From: Gemmatimonadota bacterium
GTDB lineage: Bacteria; Gemmatimonadota; Gemmatimonadetes; Longimicrobiales; Gaopeijiaceae
DNA: 64,000 nucleotides
Direction of reading: 5' to 3'
Assembly: GCA_039589315.1 (NCBI GenBank)
Contig: JBDHHQ010000006.1
Coordinates: 1-64,000 of the forward strand
Under the pieces are notes generated by a model. It saw only the letters and a program-made list of their open reading frames with translations, was not told the DNA's origin and made no database searches. Below, one piece after another: positions 39,559-49,003 of this stretch. Each line of letters starts with the position of its first letter. The stretch's first letter is position 1. The position numbers were made by a program, and so were the translations under genes.

Positions 39559-42024
39559 TCATTCGGCCCGCAACGCCTCCACTGGATCCACCCGGGTAGC
39601 CCGGAGAGCCGGTACCAGGCAGGCCGCCGCGGCCACGAGGGCGAAGATGACCGCGATGCCTCCGAAAGTGGAGGGGTCGGTGGCGGTGATCCCAACCAGC
39701 ATGCTCTCCATGACGCGGGTCAGCGCCAGGGCCGCAACCAGGCCCAGGCCGATCCCCGCTCCGGCCAGCGCCATCCCCTGTCGGACCACCAGCCGCAATA
39801 TCGTGCGGCGCTCGGCGCCGAAGGCCATGCGAATGCCGATCTCGCCCGTGCGCTGGCGAACCGTGTAGGCCAGGACTCCATAGAGACCCACCGCCGCGAG
39901 CACGAGAGCGATGAGGCCGAAGATGCCGATGAGAACCAGGGAAAACCGCGTGCTGGCCATGGACTCGTCCACGTACGCTTGCATCGGGCGCACGTTGTCC
40001 AGGGGAATCAGCTCATCGAGGGCCGCGACTTCCCGCCTGACCTGCCCGACCAGGCTCGTGGGCTCCACCGACGCCCGGACGGCCCAGGTCATGGCACCGA
40101 AGCTGCCCACGTAACGGTCCGCAAAGAAGACGGTCTCCCGCCCGTCGCGAGCCACCGAGGGGTGCCGCTGGTGCTCCACGACACCGATGATCTCGACGAA
40201 CTGCGGCTCCGGGGTCGTAGCGCGGATGAGAATCCGCTTCCCCACTGCCGACTGACTCGGGAATAGCTCCTGTGCGAGCTTCTCGTCCACCACGACGACC
40301 AAGGCGCTGTCCGCGTTGTCCGCCTCGGTGAAGGTGCGGCCCTCGATCAGGCGTGTGCCGAGCACTTCGAAGAAGCCGGGCAGGACCACCCGGTAGTCGG
40401 CCTGGCCGTACTGCGTCTCGTCCTCCAGCGCCTCCTCCGGACCGTAGCGACCCGCGAACGCCTGCTCGTCCAGGGGGATCGGGAAGGCACCGCTCACCCC
40501 CACCACGCCGGGCAGCCCGGCCAGGCGCTCCTGGAGCTGTCGCTGAAACAGGTCCCGATCCGTCGGGTCCGGATAGCGCGCGCCAGGCAGCTGCAGCCCG
40601 AAGGTCAGCACGCCCTGGGCATCGTAGCCGGGATCGACCCGCTGAAGCTCGACGAAGCTCCGCACCATGAGCCCGGCGCCGATGAGGAGCACCAGCGAAA
40701 GGGCCACCTCGGCGATCACGACGCCGTTGCGTAGGAGCCGCTGGACGTTGGAGGTCGCCGAGCGGCTTCGCTCCTTGAGGGACTCGGTGAGCTGAAGGCG
40801 GGAGGCCTGGAGCGCGGGCAGCAGGCCGAAGATGAGCGCCGCCAGGAGCGTGGCGCCGACCGTGAAGCCCAGGACCGCACCGTCGATGCCCACCGTCTCG
40901 ATCCGAGGCAGGTCCCCCGGCTGGAGGGCCAGGAGCAGGTCGATCCCCACGGTCGCGAGCAGCAATCCCCCGAGGCCGCCGACGGCTGCCAGGACCACGC
41001 TCTCGATCAACATCTGGCCGATGATACGCCGGCTTCCAGCTCCCATGGCGGCACGCACCGCCACTTCACGCTCCCGGGCCGAGGCTCGCACCAGAAGCAG
41101 GTTGGACACGTTGGCGCAGGCGATGAGCAGCACGAACGCCACCGCGCCCATGAGCGCCCACATGACCGGACGCACCTGACTCGTCAGATCCTCGTGAAGC
41201 GGGACGACGTGCAGCTGGAATCCCGAGGTCTCCTTGATCTGGTCCTGCTCTCGAAGTCGGGTGGCCAGGGCAGACATCTCCGCCTGGGCCTGCTCGATGG
41301 ATGCGCCGGGTCGGAGACGGCCGACCACCCTGAGGAAGACGTTGTTTCGGTTCCCGGTGTCGAAGTCGATCCGGGCCGCGGTCCAGAGGTCCACGTCCTC
41401 CGGCATTTGGGCGCCGGGTGGCATGTGCAACCGGAAATCGGGAGGCAGGATGCCCACGATCTCGGCGGCCTGGCCACCCAGCTCCACGGAGCGACCGACG
41501 ACGTCCGGCGCGCGGCCGAACTTCCGCTGCCAGAAGCCGTGGCTCAGAATGACGATGCCCGGCGGCTGGGACCCCGCCTGGGCGTCGGGATCGGGCGGGA
41601 TCACGTCGTCGGGGATGAAGTCCCGGCCCGTGCTGGGACTCACGCCCAGGAGCCGGAAGAAGCTCTCGGTGACGCCGCCGACCGTGATCTGGACCGGATC
41701 GCCTTCGCCGGTGAGCGGCTGCCGAAACGTGAAGACGCCGGCCAGGTCCTCGAAGAGCTCGGTCTGCTCCCGGTAATCGCGAAAGTCAGGGGGCGAGTGG
41801 GGCCAGTACGGCATGTTTCTGGCCTGGAGCTCTCCCCAGACCATGACGAGCCGGTCCGGGTCGCCGTACGGGAGGGGTCTGAGCAGGACGGCCCGCACCA
41901 CCGAGAAGATGGCCGTGTTCGCTCCCACGCCGAGCGCGATGGTCACGATGGCCACGGCCGCGAAGCCGGGGTTCTTGATCAGCGACCGGACGGCGTAGCG
42001 GACGTCTCTCCACGGTTGCTCCAT
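39559..42024 (-). CDS. MacB/FtsX-type ABC permease with duplicated domains (ADOP-like orphan permease)
   Basis: DVRYAVRSL.KNPGFA, LLIACANVSNL, RTGEIGIRMAFGA, RVDPVEALRAE. Paralog of 12773-15238. Confidence 0.92.
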   Translation of the reverse strand: MEQPWRDVRYAVRSLIKNPGFAAVAIVTIALGVGANTAIFSVVRAVLLRPLPYGDPDRLVMVWGELQARNMPYWPHSPPDFRDYREQTELFEDLAGVFTFRQPLTGEGDPVQITVGGVTESFFRLLGVSPSTGRDFIPDDVIPPDPDAQAGSQPPGIVILSHGFWQRKFGRAPDVVGRSVELGGQAAEIVGILPPDFRLHMPPGAQMPEDVDLWTAARIDFDTGNRNNVFLRVVGRLRPGASIEQAQAEMSALATRLREQDQIKETSGFQLHVVPLHEDLTSQVRPVMWALMGAVAFVLLIACANVSNLLLVRASAREREVAVRAAMGAGSRRIIGQMLIESVVLAAVGGLGGLLLATVGIDLLLALQPGDLPRIETVGIDGAVLGFTVGATLLAALIFGLLPALQASRLQLTESLKERSRSATSNVQRLLRNGVVIAEVALSLVLLIGAGLMVRSFVELQRVDPGYDAQGVLTFGLQLPGARYPDPTDRDLFQRQLQERLAGLPGVVGVSGAFPIPLDEQAFAGRYGPEEALEDETQYGQADYRVVLPGFFEVLGTRLIEGRTFTEADNADSALVVVVDEKLAQELFPSQSAVGKRILIRATTPEPQFVEIIGVVEHQRHPSVARDGRETVFFADRYVGSFGAMTWAVRASVEPTSLVGQVRREVAALDELIPLDNVRPMQAYVDESMASTRFSLVLIGIFGLIALVLAAVGLYGVLAYTVRQRTGEIGIRMAFGAERRTILRLVVRQGMALAGAGIGLGLVAALALTRVMESMLVGITATDPSTFGGIAVIFALVAAAACLVPALRATRVDPVEALRAE

Positions 42025-42142
42025 CTCACCCCTCCCGAGCGTCTCCAGCCGATCGATGACACGGCCCGCGGCCGCCCCCATCCAACATCGGGCTCAGGGC
42101 CGGGTCGTGCAAAGAAACGCCCGGGCCCCATCCCTGCGCCCG

Positions 42143-42261
42143 TCAGATCCGGGTTGGTCCCTGCGTGGCCTCGGACGACCACGTCATGAAGTCTCGGATG
42201 TCCTGGTTGGACGTGACGATATCCTCGGCCCGCAGGTACATCATGTGGCCGCTCGGGTAGC
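42143..42261 (-). pseudogene. C-terminal remnant of an S10-type serine carboxypeptidase
   Basis: YPSGHMMYLRAEDIVTSNQDIRDFM resembles the catalytic-His motif and final helix of bacterial S10 peptidases. Nothing upstream matches. Confidence 0.6.
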
Positions 42262-42372
42262 GCTGGGGGCTTTCGGCGCCGAGACGTTCTCGGCCGTGAT
42301 ACTCACCGCCTTCGTGCTGAACCTGATCACGCCTGCCGGCCTGAAGGGATGTGCCGTGCTGCTCAGCCGACA
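42260..42372 (+). pseudogene. C-terminal remnant of a cation:proton antiporter-like membrane protein
   Basis: ALGAFGAETFSAVILTAFVLNLITPAGLKGCAVLL resembles the last TM helix of CPA2 antiporters. No upstream part. Confidence 0.5.
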
Positions 42373-42507
42373 GGAGGACGGCCGCCTCGAGCATGCGGTG
42401 CTCGAGGCGCCTGGTGGAGCCGGCCGGAGGCGATCGGACCGGGGACGACACCGGCCACAGGGGCAGGGGACGACGTCTGGGGAATCGGGGGACGAGGGGC
42501 CTGGCGC

Positions 42508-43113
42508 TCACTCCTCCACGTTCGGACGGACCTCCTCAGTGCCGGCACTGGGCAGCTGGTCCAGGAACTCCCGGACGAAATGGCCGAGTGCCTCCCAGTC
42601 GGTGTACACGTGATCGGTGGACGTGTCGGTGTCCCCGCCGGCGTCCCGGGCGATTCGCCGCATCATCCACCGCAGCACCCGCCCGTACCGGGTGTAGAGC
42701 AACGCCCCGGCCACCGGCTGGACCGCCGTTGGCTGCCAGCCGGTCTCATCCAGGAACTTCTCCACCGTTTCCACGACCGTTCGGGCCGCCTCGGCCCGCT
42801 CTTCGGCCGTTCGGTCCGGGTCCTCGGCCGTGGCTTCGGTGAGACTCACCGAAAGGAACGCGGTGGGTTGGACCGCGAGGGCCTCCCGGTTCGTCTTCAC
42901 GAAATCGACCATGTCGTCCTCGTGTGTGCCTGCATGGACCGAGGCGGCCAGGATCACACCGGAGAAGTCCGCCAACACGATGGCACGATCGACCTGCCGC
43001 ACGTCGAGCAGCGCGGCAGGACGGCCGAGCTCGTTCAGCGTATCGGCCACCTGGTCGGCCACGTGGCGGGTATGTCCCTCCCGGGTCGCATAGGCGATCA
43101 GCACAGGCTTCAT
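42508..43113 (-). CDS. Flavodoxin-domain protein (HemG-like protoporphyrinogen oxidase family)
   Basis: LIAYATREGHTRHVA, ASVHAG, AFLSVSL, AGALLYTRY, DTSTDHVYTDW. Confidence 0.82.
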   Translation of the reverse strand: MKPVLIAYATREGHTRHVADQVADTLNELGRPAALLDVRQVDRAIVLADFSGVILAASVHAGTHEDDMVDFVKTNREALAVQPTAFLSVSLTEATAEDPDRTAEERAEAARTVVETVEKFLDETGWQPTAVQPVAGALLYTRYGRVLRWMMRRIARDAGGDTDTSTDHVYTDWEALGHFVREFLDQLPSAGTEEVRPNVEE

Positions 43114-43128
43114 CAGTGCCACCTTTGC

Positions 43129-44142
43129 TCAGCGTGAGCGCACGGCCCGGTCCCGGATGCCCAGGAGCATGGCCCGCTCCATGATGAAATGCACGGGCTC
43201 GAAGGCCAAGAACGTGAACGCAAGCGCAGGCGCGGGAGCCGAGCCCGCCCCAGAGATGCGCACGGTGAGCCGGCTCCGTTCGCTCCCGTCCTCGAGAACC
43301 ACGAACGCCCCCCAGTTCCGCAGAACCACGGCGCGACCGGGCTGCCAGAGCTCCACCCGCCAGCCGGCGCTCTCCCGGAAGCGGCCGCCGAGCCAATTCG
43401 GAGGGGCGGCGGGGACCAGGTCGCCCACCCGCCGTTCCTGCCACGACGGTACGATGCGATCCGCGTTCCGGATGCGGAGGCCGAACAGATTCTCCAGCCA
43501 GTCGTAGCTGTAGAAGCCGCCGCGATCCTGTCCCATCTGCGCCAGCCACGGCCAGACGGCTTCCGGCGGTGCATCGATGCCTACGGTGTGCTGGATCAGG
43601 TAGTCGTGCGGAGAAGGGTCGTCGCCCGGCAGGGCCAGACGCAGCTCGTGGGGATGCGTTCCCCAGCGCATGTGCCAGGGCCGAGCCGCGATCAGAACCG
43701 CCAGCACGAGGAGCGCGAGTCCGGCGGCCCAGCCGCCGATCCGCTGTCGCCGCCCCGGGCCAACCGGTACCGTGGCATCGGCTTGATCGACGTGTCGCCA
43801 GGCTCGTGCGGCCACACCCACGACCCCCACGTTGAGCAACAGTCCGATCCAGGAGTCCGGCTGCCAGGCCAGGAAGATCATGACCGTGGAGGCCACCGAG
43901 CCTCCTGCCGCCAGGTGCCGCCAGCGCGTCCGCAGTGGCCTGGCGCCGAGCAGGCCCAGTCCCCCCGCGGTGAGGCCCAGCGCGGCGATCGACCACAGCG
44001 CGGTGCCGAGGGTCGCCGTCAGGGCGATGGGTAGCCCGAACAGGGCTTCCCGGTGGGGGCCGGGAAGGCGCGTGACCGCCGACCCCGGTCCGGCCTGGGC
44101 GAGGCCGTGGAGAAGTAGGATGGCACCGATGGCCCGTCGCAT
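43129..44142 (-). CDS. Membrane protein fused to an SRPBCC-like domain
   Basis: N-terminal TM helices (LLLHGLAQ...), then WG....E....LPGDD, IDAPPEAVWPWLAQMGQDRGGFYSYDWLENL, HFIMERAML.GIR.RA. Confidence 0.75.
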   Translation of the reverse strand: MRRAIGAILLLHGLAQAGPGSAVTRLPGPHREALFGLPIALTATLGTALWSIAALGLTAGGLGLLGARPLRTRWRHLAAGGSVASTVMIFLAWQPDSWIGLLLNVGVVGVAARAWRHVDQADATVPVGPGRRQRIGGWAAGLALLVLAVLIAARPWHMRWGTHPHELRLALPGDDPSPHDYLIQHTVGIDAPPEAVWPWLAQMGQDRGGFYSYDWLENLFGLRIRNADRIVPSWQERRVGDLVPAAPPNWLGGRFRESAGWRVELWQPGRAVVLRNWGAFVVLEDGSERSRLTVRISGAGSAPAPALAFTFLAFEPVHFIMERAMLLGIRDRAVRSR

Positions 44143-44358
44143 TCGACCCCACTCGTTGTCCAGTGTCTGCGGCGACCCTTCTACGATGGGATGTGGGGGC
44201 TCGCGGTGTCTGTGGGGCGCCTCCCGCCGGGGTTGTGGGGCTGCCTCTGGTGTGCGCTCGCCCGGCCCCACATCGTGGTGAACCTGGGCCGCCGCTCCCG
44301 TCTGGGGCGGCGCGTCCGCCGTCGCGTCGTCGATTCGGGGCCACAGCCGCCGGAGTCC

Positions 44359-45300
44359 ATGCCAAAAAAGCCGATCTCCACCGGACGGGTCGTCGTCGTG
44401 TCGTTCGTCGTCGACCTCCTGGATATCGTCACCAACCTGATCGTGGCGGTGCTCACCGGCAGCGCGGTGGTCTTCGCGGAGATGGCCCAGGGCATGGCGG
44501 ACTCCATCGGCTCGTTCCTTCTCGTGATCGGATATCGCCGGTCTCGCCGCCCCCGGGACGAGGCGCACCCGCTGGGCTACGCCCGGGAAGTGTTCTTCTG
44601 GGCGCTGCTCTCGTCGATGATCATGCTGTTCCTGGGGAGCGGGCTTTCGCTCTTTCGTGGCTTCCAGCAGCTGACCCGGGCTCAGCCCCTCGACCGCCCC
44701 CTGTTGGCGCTGGCCGTCATGGTGCTTTCAGTGATGACCAACGGGTACGCGCTGAGTCAGAGCGTGCGGAAGCTGCGTCCCGAGGGGAGCTCGCTGGTGG
44801 AGGCGTTCCGCAGCTCGAGCCGTCAGCTCGTCAAGACGGCGCTGCTCCGCGACGTGCTCGGGACGCTCTCTGCGGTGGTGGGACTGATCGCCCTGGGCTT
44901 GTACATGGTGGTGGGGTCGGTGGTCTTCGACGCCATCGGCGCCATGCTCATCGGGGCGCTCATGTGCGCCTTCGCCGTGTTGCTCATCGCCGAAGCTCGG
45001 AGCTACATCGCCGGCCAGGCCGTGCCGAACCACGTCCGCAGGCAGATCCTGAATGCAGCCCTGTCCGTAGACGGTGTCGAGGCGGTCAACGAGCTCGCCG
45101 CCGTCGTGGCCGGGAGCGAGGAGATCGACGTGGAGCTGGACCTGGACCTCGTCGACCGGTTGACGACTCCACAGGTGGAGGCGGTCCTGGACGCCGTGGA
45201 GGGGGAGATCCGGCGCCGGGTTCCCAACGTGCGCACGGTGCGCGTTGACCTGAACCCCGCCCGCCCGCCGAGATTGGGCCGGGGCGCGGCCGGAGAGTGA
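44359..45300 (+). CDS. Cation diffusion facilitator family transporter
   Basis: TGSAVVFAE, DEAHPLGYARE..FW, six TM segments and a C-terminal dimerisation domain. Confidence 0.85.
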   Translation: MPKKPISTGRVVVVSFVVDLLDIVTNLIVAVLTGSAVVFAEMAQGMADSIGSFLLVIGYRRSRRPRDEAHPLGYAREVFFWALLSSMIMLFLGSGLSLFRGFQQLTRAQPLDRPLLALAVMVLSVMTNGYALSQSVRKLRPEGSSLVEAFRSSSRQLVKTALLRDVLGTLSAVVGLIALGLYMVVGSVVFDAIGAMLIGALMCAFAVLLIAEARSYIAGQAVPNHVRRQILNAALSVDGVEAVNELAAVVAGSEEIDVELDLDLVDRLTTPQVEAVLDAVEGEIRRRVPNVRTVRVDLNPARPPRLGRGAAGE

Positions 45301-45401
45301 TCCCCGGGCCCACAGCCAGCGGCGGCTTCGCTCACGTTCGTGCCGCTGCGTTCTCGGCTCCCGCTCTCGTCTCCGGTCCCCAGGGTCGGAGCCGTCGACC
45401 G

Positions 45402-46745
45402 TCAGTCCGTGGCGTCCCTCCGGGTGAGCCGATGCAGCAGCACCGCCGCCCGCTTCGTCTGGGACGCGAGGCTCGGCAGGTGTGCCGTCTCCTGCGGTGA
45501 GTGGTCGTTGGCTCCCATCATGCCGACGCCGTCCAGGGCCATGTCCACCAGCCCCGCGGTAAACGAGACATCGGCGGCGCCAGCGTTCCTGGGGTTGACG
45601 GCCTCGACGGGACCGAGGCCCAGGTCCCGGCTTACCTGGTCGTAGATCGCCAGCAGGCGGTAGTTGCCCTCGCTGGGCGCCAGTGGGGGATAGCCGTCCC
45701 GGAATGCGATGCGGGCCTCGGTGCGGGGCAGATGCTCCGCCACGATCTCCCGCATCAGGGCCTTCGCGTCCTCTCGCTGCCGGATGGAGATGGCACGCAG
45801 GTCGCCGGTCACGATCGCCGTTTGCGCCGTGACGTTGGTCTTGCCGAAGGCGCTTCCCCGGGCCAGCTCGCCGTCGAAATCGACGTCCGTGCCTCCCAGG
45901 ATCACTCCCGGGTTGAAGGTCAGGTCGGGCATGGACGCCAACCGATCGTGGAAGCCGGTCAGGATGCGGGAGGCCTCGTAGATGGCCCCCGACCCCACCT
46001 CGGGCTGGAAGAGCTGGGAGGAGTGGGCCCGGAACCCGGAGACCTCGAGTCGCCAGCTCGTGGATCCGCGGCGCGCCACCACGGCTGTCCTCGGGTTCCC
46101 GTCGCCGTTTTCGAAGGCCACGGCGATGTCCGCCTCGCGGGCGGCGTCGACCAACGCCTCTCGGGCGAGATCGAGCGGGCTACCTGCCTTCTCCTCGTCT
46201 CCCGTCATGATCACGGTGATGCTCATGTCGTCGAGAAGGCCCGCCCTCTCCAGCGCACGGAGCGCGAATAGCAGGATGACGTCACCACCCTTCATGTCGG
46301 CGGCGCCGGGTCCCCGGGCCGTGGTGTCATCCACCGCCTCCCACTGCTGGAAGGGACTGTCGGGCTCGAAGACGGTATCGAGGTGTCCGATGAGCAGGAG
46401 CCGCGGCCCCTGCCCGGAGCGCCGCGCGACCAGGTGACCGGCGCGTTGGAACGGGGTGCCGTCCACCCAGTCGGTCTGGAACCCCAGAGCCGCCAACTCT
46501 TCCTGGAACACAGCCCCGACGTCGCGGACGCCTTCCAGGTTCATGGTGCCGCTGTTGATGTTCACTACCCGCTCCAGGAGCGCCATCGCGTCCGCGTTCC
46601 CCTGCTCGACGTGCTCCACCACCGCGAGCTCCGCCGGTGACAGGCCCGCAGGCGCGTCAGCTACGGCGTCCTGTGCATGCGCCGTCCCGGAGGCGGGGAG
46701 GCCGAGCGCGACGGTGAGGCCGAAGGCGGTGAATAGCCGACGCAT
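45402..46745 (-). CDS. M20 family metallopeptidase (carboxypeptidase G2-like), secreted
   Basis: VNINSGT, GHLDTVF, GAADMKGG, GDEE, DHSPQE. Signal peptide. Confidence 0.9.
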   Translation of the reverse strand: MRRLFTAFGLTVALGLPASGTAHAQDAVADAPAGLSPAELAVVEHVEQGNADAMALLERVVNINSGTMNLEGVRDVGAVFQEELAALGFQTDWVDGTPFQRAGHLVARRSGQGPRLLLIGHLDTVFEPDSPFQQWEAVDDTTARGPGAADMKGGDVILLFALRALERAGLLDDMSITVIMTGDEEKAGSPLDLAREALVDAAREADIAVAFENGDGNPRTAVVARRGSTSWRLEVSGFRAHSSQLFQPEVGSGAIYEASRILTGFHDRLASMPDLTFNPGVILGGTDVDFDGELARGSAFGKTNVTAQTAIVTGDLRAISIRQREDAKALMREIVAEHLPRTEARIAFRDGYPPLAPSEGNYRLLAIYDQVSRDLGLGPVEAVNPRNAGAADVSFTAGLVDMALDGVGMMGANDHSPQETAHLPSLASQTKRAAVLLHRLTRRDATD

Positions 46746-46843
46746 GAGATACCTGTGAGCCGGGGTGGATTGAACGGAATGCGATTCACGTTCGAGTGAA
46801 CCGGAGGGCAGGGCAAGGGGGAGGCCCGTGACCGAACGACGAA

Positions 46844-46871
46844 GGGCGGGCCGCCAGGTGGCGGCCCGCCC
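46844..46871 (-). terminator. Probable intrinsic terminator after VOC gene
   Basis: Perfect 12-bp stem gggcgggccgcc / ggcggcccgccc, 4-nt loop, followed by ttcgtcgtt on the minus strand. Confidence 0.6.
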
Positions 46872-46913
46872 CGGCGTCGGGCGACGCTTCCGGCCGACCG
46901 GGCCGGCCCGCGC

Positions 46914-47699
46914 TCAGGCCTGTGCTGCTTTGAACACCGTGAACGTAGCGCCCTGGTCGTCGGCGATGACGGCAAAACGGCCGACCCCGGTGTCCGTCGG
47001 CGGAACCGCGACCGTGCCGCCGAGCTCCTGGGCCTTGTCCGCCGTCGCGTCCACGTCGTCCACGGCGAAGTAGACCGCCCAGTGGGGCGGGACCTGGCCG
47101 GGCCAGCTCGGGTCGATGGCCATGATGCCGCCGTTGGGCCGGTCTCCGGCGGTGATCAGGTTGTAGGGTTCGGGGCCGCCCATGTCCTGCGCGTCGACTC
47201 CCCACCCGAGCAGCCTGGAGTAGAACTCGATGGCTTCGGGAACAGCCCGGGTGTAGAGCTCGTTCCAGGTCAGGGCTCCCGGCTCGTTGAAGATCTCGGC
47301 TCCGGCGTGGGTGCCAGCCTGCCAAAGGCACAAGTGTGCCCCGGTGGGATCCTGAATGACCGACATGCGGCCCGAGTCCATGACGTCGAAGGGCCCCATG
47401 ACCACCGTGCCCCCGAGGCCCTCTACCCGGCCCGTCACGTCGTCGACGTCGTCGACGAGCACGTAGGACCACCATGCCGGCGGCACGCCCTGCTCCCGCT
47501 GCTCGGGGGCCAGGGTGGACAGGCCCGCCACCTGCTTGCCGTCCTTCGTGAAGAGGGTGTAGGTCCCCCCCCCTTCGACGGGCACGTCGTCGTAGCCCCA
47601 AGCGAAGAGTCGCGAGTAAAACGCCTTACCGGCGTCCTGATCCGGCACCGCCGCGTCGGTCCAGGAAAAGAGACCGTGCTTCAACTCGACCTCGCTCAT
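46914..47699 (-). CDS. VOC (glyoxalase/bleomycin resistance) family protein, two domains
   Basis: FYSRLFAW and FYSRLLGW repeats, W..YV.VDDVD, DPTGA, WNEL. GAGGAGG RBS. Confidence 0.9.
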   Translation of the reverse strand: MSEVELKHGLFSWTDAAVPDQDAGKAFYSRLFAWGYDDVPVEGGGTYTLFTKDGKQVAGLSTLAPEQREQGVPPAWWSYVLVDDVDDVTGRVEGLGGTVVMGPFDVMDSGRMSVIQDPTGAHLCLWQAGTHAGAEIFNEPGALTWNELYTRAVPEAIEFYSRLLGWGVDAQDMGGPEPYNLITAGDRPNGGIMAIDPSWPGQVPPHWAVYFAVDDVDATADKAQELGGTVAVPPTDTGVGRFAVIADDQGATFTVFKAAQA

Positions 47700-47792
47700 C
47701 GTCCTCCTCCTCAGTCCAGGGTCTTCGTCCACCGGGGACGTTACCGAACGGCGCCGGCGGTGGCGCGGCGCCGCGCTGCCCCCCGGGCAGCG

Positions 47793-47814
47793 AAACCGAA
47801 CATAAACCGAACAT
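47793..47814. promoter_or_regulatory. Perfect 11-bp tandem direct repeat forming GAAC-N7-GAAC (candidate LexA-type or wHTH operator)
   Basis: aaaccgaacat x2 in the divergent intergenic region between the VOC gene and the deacetylase gene. Confidence 0.55.
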
Positions 47815-47880
47815 TGGTGCGCCGCCACCTGGTAGGTCAAGTTGACGAGTCACCCGGGCACCGCGTCAAGGAGCAGAGCC

Positions 47881-48879
47881 ATGGAGCAGTCGATTCGTTA
47901 CGCCATCGTGTTGACGTCAGCCGGTCTGGTGGCCTGGGCCACGGGGTGCCGTGCCCCCGCTCCGCCCTCGGCAGGTGCACAGGACGCCGAGGTGCGGGCC
48001 GGCTGGGAGTGGTCGGACCGAGAGGTGTTCGAAACCGTGAATCAGGTCCGCGCCGGCCGCAGCCTCCAGCCCGAGTCCTGGCCCGGCGGCGCCCGCGTGG
48101 CGGTGCTGCTCTCCTTCGATGTGGACAACGAGACGATCCCGCTGCGCTATGGCGAGCCGACCATCGGGGGTCTGTCGCAGGGCGAGTACGGCGCCCGGGC
48201 CGCCCTCCCGCGGGTCGTCGACCTCCTGGACGAGCGGGGAATCCCGGCCTCGTTCTTCATCCCCGCCATGAGCCTCTGGCTGAACCCTGGGATGGCGGAC
48301 GTGATCCAGCGCGCGGGCCACCACGAGTTCGCCGTCCACGGGTGGATCCACGAGCGTAACTCCGATCTCGCGGAGGACACGGAACGGGCCCTCCTGACCC
48401 GAGCCGTGGACTCCCTCACTGCGTGGACGGGGAGTCGCCCCGTAGGCTACCGGGCCCCCTCGTGGAACTTCAGCCCCTGGACGCTGGGGCTGATTCGGGA
48501 GCTCGGCTTCCTCTACGACAGCTCGCTCATGGCCGACGATCGCCCGTACGAGATCATGGCGAACGGCGAACCCACCGGCGTCGTCGAGCTCCCGGTGGAG
48601 TGGATTCTGGACGACGCCCCCCTGATGAATCCCCTGGGGGATCGGTACAGCTCGCCCAGGGAGGTGCTCGAGGTCTACAAGGACGAGTTCGACGTGGCGT
48701 ACGACGAGGGCACGATGTTCCTCTTGACCATGCACCCCCACTACATCGGACACCGCTCGCGGATCGTGATTCTCGATGAGCTCATCGATCACATCGTCGC
48801 GAAGGGCGAGGTATGGTGGGCCACCCACAGACAGGCGGCCGAATACGTGGCGCAGCAGGCGGGAATGACTGTCCAATAG
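47881..48879 (+). CDS. Polysaccharide deacetylase (CE4) family lipoprotein
   Basis: SFDVDNE, HGWIHE, GYRAPSW, YDSSLMADD, LTMHP. Lipobox ATGC. Confidence 0.88.
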   Translation: MEQSIRYAIVLTSAGLVAWATGCRAPAPPSAGAQDAEVRAGWEWSDREVFETVNQVRAGRSLQPESWPGGARVAVLLSFDVDNETIPLRYGEPTIGGLSQGEYGARAALPRVVDLLDERGIPASFFIPAMSLWLNPGMADVIQRAGHHEFAVHGWIHERNSDLAEDTERALLTRAVDSLTAWTGSRPVGYRAPSWNFSPWTLGLIRELGFLYDSSLMADDRPYEIMANGEPTGVVELPVEWILDDAPLMNPLGDRYSSPREVLEVYKDEFDVAYDEGTMFLLTMHPHYIGHRSRIVILDELIDHIVAKGEVWWATHRQAAEYVAQQAGMTVQ

Positions 48880-49003
48880 GGCTGGTGCAGGCCTGTTCGA
48901 GGGCCCGCCGGGCAAGGTCCCGGGGCTGCGGACGCCCCATGGGCAAGTAGCGGTCGCTCCGCTACATTCCGGCTCCTTTTGTTTTGCTTCATCGGAGAGG
49001 AAG

